A stretch of DNA of 50,438 nucleotides, from positions 1 to 50,438 of IMG/VR virus record IMGVR_UViG_3300011242_000001. One strand, written 5' to 3'. The notes under the pieces are model-generated. The model was not told the origin of the DNA. It saw only the letters and a program-made list of their open reading frames with translations, and did not search any database. Positions 29,470 to 38,917 of this stretch are shown piece by piece. This DNA comes from a virus. Its lineage: Duplodnaviria; Heunggongvirae; Uroviricota; Caudoviricetes. A program made the translations under genes and the position numbers. How positions within the stretch are numbered: the first letter of the stretch is position 1; every line of letters starts with the position of its first letter.

Positions 29470-31506
29470 ATGGATAAATTAAATTTTAAAGACTTCTCTA
29501 CAGCAGTAGAGGCACAATATAATAAGATGGTATCTGATAAAGATGCAACTCTTGTTCGCGTTGCAGTTGATATGGAAGAGTTATGGGATACATATTTAAA
29601 TGCGTTTCCACAAAATACGAACTCACTGTTCCGTGAGCGCCGCGCTTATGATTGTAACTGCTGTAAAAACTTTATTCGTCGCGTTGGTAATTTAGTTGCT
29701 TTGAAAGGCACTGAAATTACAAGCGTATGGGATGTTACTGTTCCAGGCTATTTCCAAGAAGTTACTGATAAAATGGCTGCTTATGTAAAAGAACAGCGCA
29801 TTGATACAATTTATGCAACTTCTGAAGGCATTGCTGGTGGTTTATCAAACTTTGATAATTATAATCCTGAAATTAAATGGGATCACTTCTATGTAAAAGT
29901 GCCAACTGAATTTGTTTATAAAAATGATGCAATCGGTACATATTTGGGTGAATTCCGCGGTCATAAAGATGTATTAGAACGCTCTTTGAAAGAATTAAGT
30001 CTTGATGCTGCAGAAACTGTACTTGAATTAATTGAGCAAGGTTCTTTATACCGTGGCACAGAAAACAAATTTGCAGTTACAACTTTTATTAAGCATAAAC
30101 GCGAATATGATGCGATTGAAGATGAAAATCAAAAACGCTCTTATGTGTGGCAAGCTGCAAAAGTTTTAAAACAACATGGTCGTATTAAAAATACTTCAAT
30201 TGGTACACTGTTAGCAGCATTAACAGAAGGTCAATCTTTAGAAAAAGCAGTTAGTGCATTTGAATCAATGGTTGGTGGCGCCAACTATAAACGTTCTAGT
30301 GCATTAGTTACTCCATCCATGATTAAAACTGCGCAAGAAAAAATTCGTTCTTTAGGTTTAGAGCCAAGTCTTGAACGCCGATTTGCGAATAAAAATGATG
30401 TTACTATCAATAATGTATTGTTTAGCACAATCCATAAAAAATCATTAAATGTATTTGATGATTTAATTGAAGAAGCTGGTCGTAAAGTAACTGATAAAAA
30501 ACTTGACAAAGTTGAAACTGTTAGTTTGGAAAAATTTATTAATGATATTTTACCAAATTCAACTAAATTAGAAGTTATGTTTGAATCACGACTTAAAAGC
30601 AATCTAATGACTTTAGTTGCACCAGTTCATCAAACTGCACCAAATATGTTTAAATGGAATAACCAATATTCATGGGCATATAATGGCGATGTAACGGATA
30701 CCATTAAAGAACGCGTTAAAGAAGCTGGTGGTGATGTGGAAGGCGATTTACGTGTATCATTATCATGGTATAATGCAGATGACTTAGATTTATCATGTAT
30801 TGAACCAAATGGTAATACAATTTATTATAGCCAAAAATCGTCTCGTCATTCAGGCGGTATGCTTGATTTAGATATGAATGGCCTTGATAAACATAGTGAT
30901 ACTGCACCAGTTGAAAACTTGATTTATAAAAATAAATCAAAAATGCCACGTGGTGATTATAAATTTATTGTTCATCAATTCTCACGTCGTCGTAATGAAG
31001 ATGTTGGATTTGCAGTTCAATTAGAATTTGATGGTCAAATCCAAACATTTGCATATGATAAAGGTTATGTAAATGGCCGTCGTGAAACAATGTTTGTAAT
31101 TAATTGGGACGGTGAAAAGTTCACATTAAAAGACGTATGGAATGAATTTACATCATCGTCTGCGGCAAAAGAAAGCGTTTGGAATATTACAAGTAATGAA
31201 TTTGTTCCAGTATCAATGGTAATGAACTCGCCTAACTATTGGGATGATAACAAAACTGGTAATAAACATTTGTTCTTCATTTTAGAGAATTGTAAAAATG
31301 AAGAACCGGTGCGAGGATTCTTTAACGAATACTTGAAACCTGAACTAAATGATATCCGTAAAACGATTGAAGTGTTAGGCAGTAAATTAAAAGCTCAACC
31401 TACTGAAGAACAATTAAGTGGTTTAGGCTTTAGTGAAACAATTCGCAATACTGCGACAGTACGAGTTACTGGAAAAACTCAACGCGTATTTAAAATTAAT
31501 TTCTAA
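29470..31506 (+). CDS. large conserved phage protein with C-terminal YfaP/DUF2135-like domain
   Basis: YDCNCCKNF; LRVSLSW...DLDL...G.LDLD...VEN; ATG 29470 after a promoter at ~29403-29433. Confidence 0.7.
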   Translation: MDKLNFKDFSTAVEAQYNKMVSDKDATLVRVAVDMEELWDTYLNAFPQNTNSLFRERRAYDCNCCKNFIRRVGNLVALKGTEITSVWDVTVPGYFQEVTDKMAAYVKEQRIDTIYATSEGIAGGLSNFDNYNPEIKWDHFYVKVPTEFVYKNDAIGTYLGEFRGHKDVLERSLKELSLDAAETVLELIEQGSLYRGTENKFAVTTFIKHKREYDAIEDENQKRSYVWQAAKVLKQHGRIKNTSIGTLLAALTEGQSLEKAVSAFESMVGGANYKRSSALVTPSMIKTAQEKIRSLGLEPSLERRFANKNDVTINNVLFSTIHKKSLNVFDDLIEEAGRKVTDKKLDKVETVSLEKFINDILPNSTKLEVMFESRLKSNLMTLVAPVHQTAPNMFKWNNQYSWAYNGDVTDTIKERVKEAGGDVEGDLRVSLSWYNADDLDLSCIEPNGNTIYYSQKSSRHSGGMLDLDMNGLDKHSDTAPVENLIYKNKSKMPRGDYKFIVHQFSRRRNEDVGFAVQLEFDGQIQTFAYDKGYVNGRRETMFVINWDGEKFTLKDVWNEFTSSSAAKESVWNITSNEFVPVSMVMNSPNYWDDNKTGNKHLFFILENCKNEEPVRGFFNEYLKPELNDIRKTIEVLGSKLKAQPTEEQLSGLGFSETIRNTATVRVTGKTQRVFKINF

Positions 31507-31519
31507 TCGGAGAAACAAC

Positions 31520-31954
31520 ATGTCTAATATTTTTGAAAAAGCAACTCGTGTTAAATTACGTTTTCCTACTACTCGTGGTGAGCTTTCTGTAGAAGATTTA
31601 TGGGAATTACCATTAAAAGGTACTTTATCACTTAACTCTATTGCAGTTAAGCTAAAAAAAGAAGTGTCTTCAACTGAAGACATGATCGATTTAGTAGATG
31701 GTGATGCTGCAAATAAAGAATCTAATATTAAAATGGCTAAAACCAAATTAGCGTTAGAAGTAGTAATGCATATCATCGGTGTTCTTAAAGCAGAACGTGA
31801 TGCTCGTGAATTACGTGAAGCTCAACAAACTAAATTGCGTTTAATTGATAATGCGCTTGCGACAAAACGTCAAGAACAACTTACTTCAGGTAGCATTGAA
31901 GATCTTGAAAAACTTCGTGAAGACATTTTAAAAGGAACTGATGCATCTTTATAA
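31520..31954 (+). CDS. conserved phage protein coupled to the preceding gene
   Basis: GGAGA RBS; MSNIFEKATRVKLRF.T.RG.LSVEDLW.LPL; coiled-coil-like C-terminus. Confidence 0.8.
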   Translation: MSNIFEKATRVKLRFPTTRGELSVEDLWELPLKGTLSLNSIAVKLKKEVSSTEDMIDLVDGDAANKESNIKMAKTKLALEVVMHIIGVLKAERDARELREAQQTKLRLIDNALATKRQEQLTSGSIEDLEKLREDILKGTDASL

Positions 31955-32029
31955 TAAAGGTGTATTAAAAAAGGTGACTACTAAGTCACCTTTTGGAATG
32001 GAACGTACTTGGCGGAACGTTCCATTTTT

Positions 32030-32398
32030 TTATTTTAAAATATTACCTTTTAATTTATTTTTAATATATAAATCACAATCAGCAATAGTAGTAAAGCTAT
32101 CTTTAATATCGTCAATTAAAATGTCTGTTTCATTTTTAGAAACTCGATGAATATATTTACCAATATAAAAATCATCGCCTTGATCAGCATCTTTTTTATA
32201 AATAAAGAAACCTAAAATTTCTTTTGTTTCGACTACTTCATCAGTTTTTTTATAATCAATAACATAAATATCGCCATCAGTATAAATATCAGAATTTTTA
32301 GCTTGATCTGCAATATTTTTTTCTACAGTATTAATGAAACCGCCAACTGTATTGTCATTTTCTTCAGAATTCTCATTTAAAAAATCAGCAAATTTCAT
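32030..32398 (-). CDS. putative internal head protein with CTS-like leader MKFADFLNE
   Basis: leader motif; AAGGA RBS. Confidence 0.7.
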   Translation of the reverse strand: MKFADFLNENSEENDNTVGGFINTVEKNIADQAKNSDIYTDGDIYVIDYKKTDEVVETKEILGFFIYKKDADQGDDFYIGKYIHRVSKNETDILIDDIKDSFTTIADCDLYIKNKLKGNILK

Positions 32399-32518
32399 TT
32401 TTAATCCTTTTTATTTTATATTTAATAAATTATATTTGTAAAATAGGTGTATAATCAATCCACGCCAATATTATTGATTTAAATAACGTTAGAAAGTTAT
32501 TTAAAGGTACAGTAGAAA

Positions 32519-33343
32519 ATGATTCTTGTAGACATGAGCAACCTTGCTATTTCAGCTTTACAATCAGCTTTAGCAGGTAGCAAAGAACAAACTAAATTAA
32601 CTCCAACAAGTGTACGTCATATTATTTTAAAAAAATTAATTGAAGTTCATAAAAAAATTGGGCGCCACCATCAATTAGTTTTATGTTTCGATTCTCGCAA
32701 CTACTGGAGAAAAGATATTTTACCTTGCTATAAAGGTAACCGAAAGCGTGTTGATGATCAATTTTCATGGGAAGAGTTTTATGCCCATTACAATACATTA
32801 AAATTAGAATTACCTATGTATTTCAGTTATAAATGTATTGAAATTGATCGTGTAGAAGCTGATGATATTATTTTCTGTATTTCAGAATATGAACGAGGAC
32901 GTGATATTATTATCGCATCATCTGATACAGACGATTTACAAATTCTTGAAAAATATCCTGAAGCGGCTCAATTCTCTATTAAGCATAATAAATTTATTAC
33001 GTGCGAAGATTATAATTATACTTTATTAGAACATATTATCGAAGGCGATAAAGCCGATGCTATTGCTAATATTCTTTCTGATGAAGATACGCATGTTAAT
33101 CCTGAGAAGCGCAGTAAAGCTCTTACTAAACAAAAACGCGCAGCATTGAAATTTATTATTCCTGCGGAAAATAAAGCACGGTTTGAACAAAATAAAAAAA
33201 TTATTGATATGTCACAAATCCCTGATAACTATCGTCAAGAAATTATTGATGCTTATCTAGCACCATTGCCAAAACGTGTTGGAAATTCATTTGAATATTG
33301 CATTAAGTATAAACTAGGACAGTTATTAAAAATTATTAACTAA
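32519..33343 (+). CDS. rnh: T4-type RNase H / 5'-3' exonuclease (FEN family)
   Basis: MILVD.SN, YWRK....YKGNRK, EADD, SSDTD..Q, GD.AD.I.N. Confidence 0.9.
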   Translation: MILVDMSNLAISALQSALAGSKEQTKLTPTSVRHIILKKLIEVHKKIGRHHQLVLCFDSRNYWRKDILPCYKGNRKRVDDQFSWEEFYAHYNTLKLELPMYFSYKCIEIDRVEADDIIFCISEYERGRDIIIASSDTDDLQILEKYPEAAQFSIKHNKFITCEDYNYTLLEHIIEGDKADAIANILSDEDTHVNPEKRSKALTKQKRAALKFIIPAENKARFEQNKKIIDMSQIPDNYRQEIIDAYLAPLPKRVGNSFEYCIKYKLGQLLKIIN

Positions 33344-33353
33344 GGAATTTAAT

Positions 33354-33557
33354 ATGCATCGCTTTTATATTTCATATGCTATGTTCAAATCAGGTTACGC
33401 TGTAACCTCATTTGGATCTTTTGTATATAATGCTGATCAAAAAGATCTTACTAATATTGATTTACATAATATTGAAAAGATGGCCCAAGATTGTGTAATA
33501 GATAAATTTACAAATGCTACTGTTCTTTCAATTAATTATATTGGCACCACTAACTAA
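33354..33557 (+). CDS. hypothetical protein
   Basis: 67-aa ORF with AAGGA RBS. Confidence 0.65.
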   Translation: MHRFYISYAMFKSGYAVTSFGSFVYNADQKDLTNIDLHNIEKMAQDCVIDKFTNATVLSINYIGTTN

Positions 33558-33574
33558 ACGAGTATTAAAATAAA

Positions 33575-33850
33575 ATGTCAAGATATACAATTATTTGTAC
33601 AAATGTAGAATGCACCTATGAACTAGGTTTTACCATGAATTATGTGCCTAAAACAGAAGGTAAAAAATGTGATCTTTGTGGATCAGACTTAACATCAAGT
33701 GACGTAGCTAATACACCTAAAGCAATGGCATCAGCAGCTTTAGTAAGCGGTGTGGGTGATATTAATAAACGTTTACCTGGTGACTTTAGAGATTTTATGC
33801 AGAAAATTAAAAATAACACGCCAGGTAATAATATGAAGGATTATAAATAA
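33575..33850 (+). CDS. FmdB-like zinc-ribbon protein
   Basis: Y...CxxxxC...CxxC; GDFRDFMQKIK..PG as in T4-like FmdB proteins. Confidence 0.7.
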   Translation: MSRYTIICTNVECTYELGFTMNYVPKTEGKKCDLCGSDLTSSDVANTPKAMASAALVSGVGDINKRLPGDFRDFMQKIKNNTPGNNMKDYK

Positions 33851-34533
33851 TGTCGGCGAATAATCGCGCCATATTTGTCAATCCCGATCATGAATTAGCT
33901 ATTAAAATGCAATCTTTTTATGAAGCTAATCCTTACGGCGACAGAAAATATTATGGTGTTACAAAAGTATTATCTGAAACTAAATCGGATGAAGATAAAG
34001 CATCTTTACAAAAATGGCGTGAATCAGTTGGGGAAGAAAAAGCTGAAGCTATTTTACAAGAATCTTTGTCAATTGGTAATTCATTAGATATGCTGATTGA
34101 AAAATATTTGGCCGGTACTTTGGGCGATATTAAACAATATAAATCTGAACCAGGTTTAAATTTATTTTATCAAATGAAACCGGTATTAGATAATATTGAT
34201 ACGATTGGTTTACAAATTCATATGTATTCTGACAAATATAAAATTCAAGGATATCTTGACTGTATTGGAATTAAAAATGGTACATTAACTATGATTGATT
34301 TTAAAAATAGTCGCCGTAAAAAAAGTGAAAAATATCTACAAGATTATTTCTTACAAGCATCTATCTATTGTCTATTAATATATGAAATTACTGGTATTAT
34401 TATTAAAGATATATGTATTATTTTAGGTATTCGTGATAGCTTTACCACTCAAGTGGCGACTGCAAAATTGTCCGATCATATCGTGGCAGCTAAAGAAAGA
34501 ATTAATCAATTTAATATTATGAAAAATAGATAA
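33850..34533 (+). CDS. PD-(D/E)XK exonuclease (Cas4/RecB-like)
   Basis: VT.VL, L.KWR, G..D.I......IDFK, YFLQ...Y. Confidence 0.85.
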   Translation: MSANNRAIFVNPDHELAIKMQSFYEANPYGDRKYYGVTKVLSETKSDEDKASLQKWRESVGEEKAEAILQESLSIGNSLDMLIEKYLAGTLGDIKQYKSEPGLNLFYQMKPVLDNIDTIGLQIHMYSDKYKIQGYLDCIGIKNGTLTMIDFKNSRRKKSEKYLQDYFLQASIYCLLIYEITGIIIKDICIILGIRDSFTTQVATAKLSDHIVAAKERINQFNIMKNR

Positions 34534-34799
34534 TATAAAAAATATAATTTTTTTGTATAAATATGTTTTAAAATTAGTAAAACTGTATTACATTATGATA
34601 CAGAATGAAATAAATGTTAACGTGTATCTTTAAACAGATACATTTAATCTTAACTTATCTTCTAAAGGAGAAGACGCTAGAATCGCGCTATGACGACTAC
34701 AACTAAATCTGAGACGATTTGACCGTAAAAGTTGCGTGTTCGACAAGCACTAAGATGAATAGCAATCCCGTTATTCATCGACAAATTGGAGAAACATCA

Positions 34800-35180
34800 A
34801 TGATGAAAATCAAAAAATCAATAATCCTTGCATTTGCACTTGCCTGCATCACCATAAGCACACCATCCTTCGCACATGAGACCGTAAAAACTTTGGGTGT
34901 AAAGACTGCATCCTGGTATGGAAAGCCTTTCCACGGACGAATAGCAGCTGATGGATCACGCTTTAATATGTATCACCAAACGGCAGCACATCGCACATTG
35001 CCATTCGGTACAAAATTAAAAGTTACCTGTGCTCAAACTGGAAAATCAACAATTGTAACTGTGACTGACCGAGGTCCATTTCATGGTAATCGGGCATTAG
35101 ATTTATCGTATGGCGCGGCCAAGGCGATTGGTCTTATCGATCAAGGCGTAGGCAAAGTTAAAATCGATATTTTAAAATAA
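34800..35180 (+). CDS. RlpA-like double-psi beta-barrel lytic transglycosylase with signal peptide
   Basis: ASWYG..FHG, TAAHRTLPFGT, V.DRGPF, DLS..AA; GGAGA RBS before ATG 34800. Confidence 0.9.
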   Translation: MMKIKKSIILAFALACITISTPSFAHETVKTLGVKTASWYGKPFHGRIAADGSRFNMYHQTAAHRTLPFGTKLKVTCAQTGKSTIVTVTDRGPFHGNRALDLSYGAAKAIGLIDQGVGKVKIDILK

Positions 35181-35252
35181 TTTGTGTTTAAATAAAAAAA
35201 TATAAAGTATAAGCCGTATATTTTATATTTTTTTATTTTAAGGTAATCAATT

Positions 35253-35729
35253 ATGATAGAACAAAATGATGACTTTGAATTATATCTAGCTGAAGTTGAA
35301 AATGTGTCTTCATTAGAAGAATTAAAAAAACAGCTTGATTGTAATGAAATAGATCATGGAAACCGATATATTGGATCACATGCTTTATATTATAAAATAT
35401 GGACTCAATCTACATTAATTGATGCACTAGAAAATGCATTAGCTAATTCAGTTGAATATCAAGAGTTAATGGCTAATAAATATAAAGTATTAGATAACGC
35501 GACTATTGAACAAATTAAACAAATCAATGAATTAAATAAAAAAATTGATTCATTAAAACTTGTTGAATCGCAAATTAAAAATATGAAAGATTCGCTTGAA
35601 TATTTAAACGCTATTAAATCACGTATTCAAGCGGGTGCAGATACAGGTTTATCTTCTACCCCATCACGAACATATTTTAATAAAGCAATAAACTGTTTAG
35701 AAGAGGCATTTTATTCTCACAAAATATAA
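35253..35729 (+). CDS. hypothetical coiled-coil protein
   Basis: 158-aa ORF in the core cluster. Confidence 0.7.
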   Translation: MIEQNDDFELYLAEVENVSSLEELKKQLDCNEIDHGNRYIGSHALYYKIWTQSTLIDALENALANSVEYQELMANKYKVLDNATIEQIKQINELNKKIDSLKLVESQIKNMKDSLEYLNAIKSRIQAGADTGLSSTPSRTYFNKAINCLEEAFYSHKI

Positions 35730-35793
35730 TTAAATATGTTTACATTTGTCATTTTATATATTAAAATGACTTTATATTTTGAGGTAACGTACA

Positions 35794-36024
35794 ATGACTG
35801 ATGCTGAAAAACTACTTGGTATTATTAATACAATATCATTAGAACGTAAGGTTGGTATATTTGATGCGTTGATTATTTTCTCTGAAGAAAATAATATTGA
35901 GATTGAAGACATAATTCCTATGTTAGATTCTAATATTACAGAGAAAATTAAAACTGACGCATTAAGTATGAATATTGTATGTAACAGGAAGTTATTTGAA
36001 AAGAAGACTACTTCTTTATTTTAA
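35794..36024 (+). CDS. 33: late-transcription coactivator gp33-like
   Basis: DA....EEN.IE.E.I...L...I.EKI..DA; position upstream of gene 59. Confidence 0.75.
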   Translation: MTDAEKLLGIINTISLERKVGIFDALIIFSEENNIEIEDIIPMLDSNITEKIKTDALSMNIVCNRKLFEKKTTSLF

Positions 36025-36033
36025 GGCTTTTAT

Positions 36034-36639
36034 ATGGAAGATTTAAATACATCAGATGTATTGAAAATTTTTAAGTTGTATATTGGGCTAAAGCTACATT
36101 TTAATTCAGAGAAATTTGTTTATAATGATAACTTTAGACATAAATCATTTAACGAGCACTCTATGAATAATAGAAGAGACGTTGATATATTTATTGAAGT
36201 AACGGACAAATATAATCATAAATTTAGTGAATTAAAAGAAATTTTAATTTCTATTTTTAAATCTAATCCAGATGCTTGGATTGGTGATGTATTAGATCGA
36301 TCAAAAACCGATGTTCATACAAAACGAATGAATAACATAATGAATTTAACCCGTATCATTGAAAAAGATATGACTAAGGTTACAGACTTTATGTTAGTCA
36401 ATAAAGTCAATATTGATGAAATGTTAGACTTTAAAAATGACCGCCCCTTAATCGTTAAAAAATTAAGGTTATCTGATGAGTTTTTAGCTATATTAGATAT
36501 GTGTCGACCGTATTTATTGCAAGATACTGATAATCCTTTATGGAAAAAACGTTCTTTTATTTTGCATAAATACAAGTATCTTTTAGATACAAGCGATAAT
36601 GTATTGAACATGTTTGATTCATTATTGCTAAATAAGTAA
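36034..36639 (+). CDS. 59: helicase loader gp59-like
   Basis: KLYIGLKLHF, RRD..F, C-terminal KYK; position between 33 and 32. Confidence 0.8.
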   Translation: MEDLNTSDVLKIFKLYIGLKLHFNSEKFVYNDNFRHKSFNEHSMNNRRDVDIFIEVTDKYNHKFSELKEILISIFKSNPDAWIGDVLDRSKTDVHTKRMNNIMNLTRIIEKDMTKVTDFMLVNKVNIDEMLDFKNDRPLIVKKLRLSDEFLAILDMCRPYLLQDTDNPLWKKRSFILHKYKYLLDTSDNVLNMFDSLLLNK

Positions 36640-36738
36640 ATAAATTTATTACTCGGTTTGCCTATTAAACCGATATGTTTGAAAGTTCACTAAGAACATA
36701 ATTGGCTCCCGTTTAAACGTTCACGAGGAGGCCATGAG

Positions 36739-37692
36739 ATGCCATTAGAACACTTAAAATCAAAGAAAAATGAAATCGCTCAACTACAATCTCGCCTAAC
36801 ACAAATGAAGGGCAAGAAGTCTGATGACGAAGTATATTGGAAATTGACAGTTGATGCTGCCGGTCAAGGTGTTGCAGAAATTCGTTTATTGCCAGCTGCT
36901 GAAGGCGAAGACTTTCCATTTGTAGAAGTCAAAGATTATGGTATTGGTGTATTCCATCCAGAAATTGGCAAAAAGAAATGGTACATTGAGCGTTCATTAG
37001 AAACAATTGGTAAAAAAGATCCAGTTAAAGATGAATTCTGGGCGCTTCACAACTTGGGTACAGAAGAAGCGAAAGCTGACGCTAAACTTATCCGCGATCG
37101 TACTTCATACATCGTTTGGATTTATGTTGTGAATGACAAAAACGCTCCAGAAAACAACGGTAAAGTGATGAAAGCAAAACTTTCTCCTTCTATCTGGAAA
37201 TTTGTTACTGATAAGCTAACGCCGCAATTTGAAGACGATGAAGATGAACAACCTCTAAATGTATTTGATTTGTGGGAAGGTGCGAACTTAAAAATTCGTG
37301 CGTATAACGGTAGCAATAACATGCGTACATATGACAAAACTGTTTGGATGAATCCTGGGCCATTGTTCCAAGATGACGCTAAATTAGAAAAAATCTATGA
37401 GCAAGTTAAAGGCTTGAATGATGAAGTTAGCCCAACGTCTAAGCATTATAGTAAAACCTATGAAGAATTAGAAACTAAGCTAGAAGCTACATTAGGTCGC
37501 AAACTGGTTAAAAACCAAGGTGCAACTGATCATAAAGCTGCTCTAAATGATGCATTTGCTGAACCTACTTCAACACAAGTTGCTGCAGGTAAAGATAATG
37601 ATGTAGGTGATTCTTATACTGAAGCTCTAGGCAAAGTACAAGAACCAGCTGATATCAACGATGCTGAACTTGAAGCTCTACTCAATTCTTAA
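36739..37692 (+). CDS. 32: single-stranded DNA-binding protein gp32
   Basis: WKL.VD..G.G.A.IR.LP, WYIE.SL.TIG..DPV, PENNGKV, FDLWEGAN.K, acidic tail. Confidence 0.93.
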   Translation: MPLEHLKSKKNEIAQLQSRLTQMKGKKSDDEVYWKLTVDAAGQGVAEIRLLPAAEGEDFPFVEVKDYGIGVFHPEIGKKKWYIERSLETIGKKDPVKDEFWALHNLGTEEAKADAKLIRDRTSYIVWIYVVNDKNAPENNGKVMKAKLSPSIWKFVTDKLTPQFEDDEDEQPLNVFDLWEGANLKIRAYNGSNNMRTYDKTVWMNPGPLFQDDAKLEKIYEQVKGLNDEVSPTSKHYSKTYEELETKLEATLGRKLVKNQGATDHKAALNDAFAEPTSTQVAAGKDNDVGDSYTEALGKVQEPADINDAELEALLNS

Positions 37693-37700
37693 TTGAATTG

Positions 37701-37766
37701 TATAAATAAAAGGTGACACTATTGTCACCTTTTATTTTTTATAAATATAATAAAAATATATAAATA
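37701..37766 (+). promoter_or_regulatory. terminator (37708-37733) plus late promoters TATAAATA (37701, 37740, 37759)
   Basis: AAAAGGTGACA-CTAT-TGTCACCTTTT and three TATAAATA boxes. Confidence 0.75.
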
Positions 37767-37774
37767 TAATAACC

Positions 37775-38083
37775 ATGAAAGTCTTATCACATAATGGCCA
37801 TCAAAATTTTAGTGGCATTCGCAAAACAGTTCATGAATCATATTTTAAAATTGAATTCACAACCGGCGAAATTATAAAATGTACAGAGAATCATTTATTT
37901 GAAACTTTGAACGGGCCTATTACCGCTCAAATTTTAACCAAAAATGATGAACTAATACATTCAGAAAATAAAACGACTTTTATTAAATCAAAACGCCGAA
38001 TTAAAAATAAATTTGAAGCTTATGATTTAGTTGATGTTGATCATGGATCTTTATATTATACAAATAATATTTTAAGTCATAAC
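37775..38083 (+). mobile_element. atypically split intein C fragment (103 aa)
   Basis: IKCTENHLF (block B TxxH), YDLVDV...LYYTNNILSHN|C (blocks F/G); no N-terminal block A. Confidence 0.9.
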
Positions 38084-38863
38084 TGTAGTTTTCTAGGATC
38101 ATCTAATACATTAATTGATCCGGGTAAATTACAACATCTTGTGTTTTTACCGCCTGTATTATCACAAAAATATTTAGATATATATGAACAACCACAACCC
38201 GGTCATACATATATTACAACAGTTGATACTGGTGCCGGACTATCACAAGATTATTCAATTGTAAATGTAATTGATGTAACACAAGCTCCTTATAAGCAAA
38301 TATTAGTATATAGAAATAATGAAATTGATCCAACCTCTTTTTCAATTGTAGTTGAATCAATTGCGCGTAAATACAATAAGTCGTATTTGGTTATTGAATC
38401 AAATAATGATGGCAAGATTGTATCCCGTGAATTATGGGATATGGAATATGAAAATTTAGTCAATACTAGAAGTGAAAATGGAGATAACGTTGTAAAGGGT
38501 GGTAAACGTTCTGTACCGGGTATCATGATGACTAAATCAACAAAAAGAACAGGCTGCTCTAAATTAAAAGACTTAATTGAATCAGAAGTATTAGTTATTC
38601 AAGATCAAAATACAATTTCTGAATTAGGCACATTTGTTCAATCTAAAGGCAGTTTTTGTGCAGAACCTGGTAAACACGATGATATTGTAATGTGTTTAGT
38701 TATGTTCGCATGGTTTGCTACTACTAACTATTTCTCTGATGTGACTGGTAATAATACTAGCCAATCGATTAAAGAAAATAGATCCGATGATGATATTCAT
38801 ACATTACTAGGATTTATTAATGATGGTGATACAGATGATGAAGTATCATTTGGATTTTGGTAA
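37775..38863 (+). CDS. 17: terminase large subunit C-terminal (nuclease) half fused to a split-intein C fragment
   Basis: after SHN: CSFLGSSNTLI, VDTG.G...DYS, IESNN.G, HDD.VM.L; no Walker A/ATPase domain. Confidence 0.92.
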   Translation: MKVLSHNGHQNFSGIRKTVHESYFKIEFTTGEIIKCTENHLFETLNGPITAQILTKNDELIHSENKTTFIKSKRRIKNKFEAYDLVDVDHGSLYYTNNILSHNCSFLGSSNTLIDPGKLQHLVFLPPVLSQKYLDIYEQPQPGHTYITTVDTGAGLSQDYSIVNVIDVTQAPYKQILVYRNNEIDPTSFSIVVESIARKYNKSYLVIESNNDGKIVSRELWDMEYENLVNTRSENGDNVVKGGKRSVPGIMMTKSTKRTGCSKLKDLIESEVLVIQDQNTISELGTFVQSKGSFCAEPGKHDDIVMCLVMFAWFATTNYFSDVTGNNTSQSIKENRSDDDIHTLLGFINDGDTDDEVSFGFW

Positions 38864-38917
38864 TTTTATAAAAAAAATTAAATATATTAAAACAAGACAA
38901 TAAAAAGGAAGAATGAC

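Noticed and set aside
31986..32030. Second hairpin TGGAACGT..ACGTTCCA as an ncRNA
   Set aside because: It is followed by a T-run and adjacent to another terminator between convergent genes, so it is most simply a tandem terminator.
33850..34533. Cas4-like nuclease as sign of a CRISPR system
   Set aside because: No repeat-spacer array or other cas genes are in the window; a stand-alone exonuclease in this position is normal for T4-like phages.
37692..37775. Frameshift or intron joining gene 32 region to the terminase half
   Set aside because: Upstream is a complete gp32 followed by a terminator and late promoters; no terminase ATPase sequence is evident in any listed frame.
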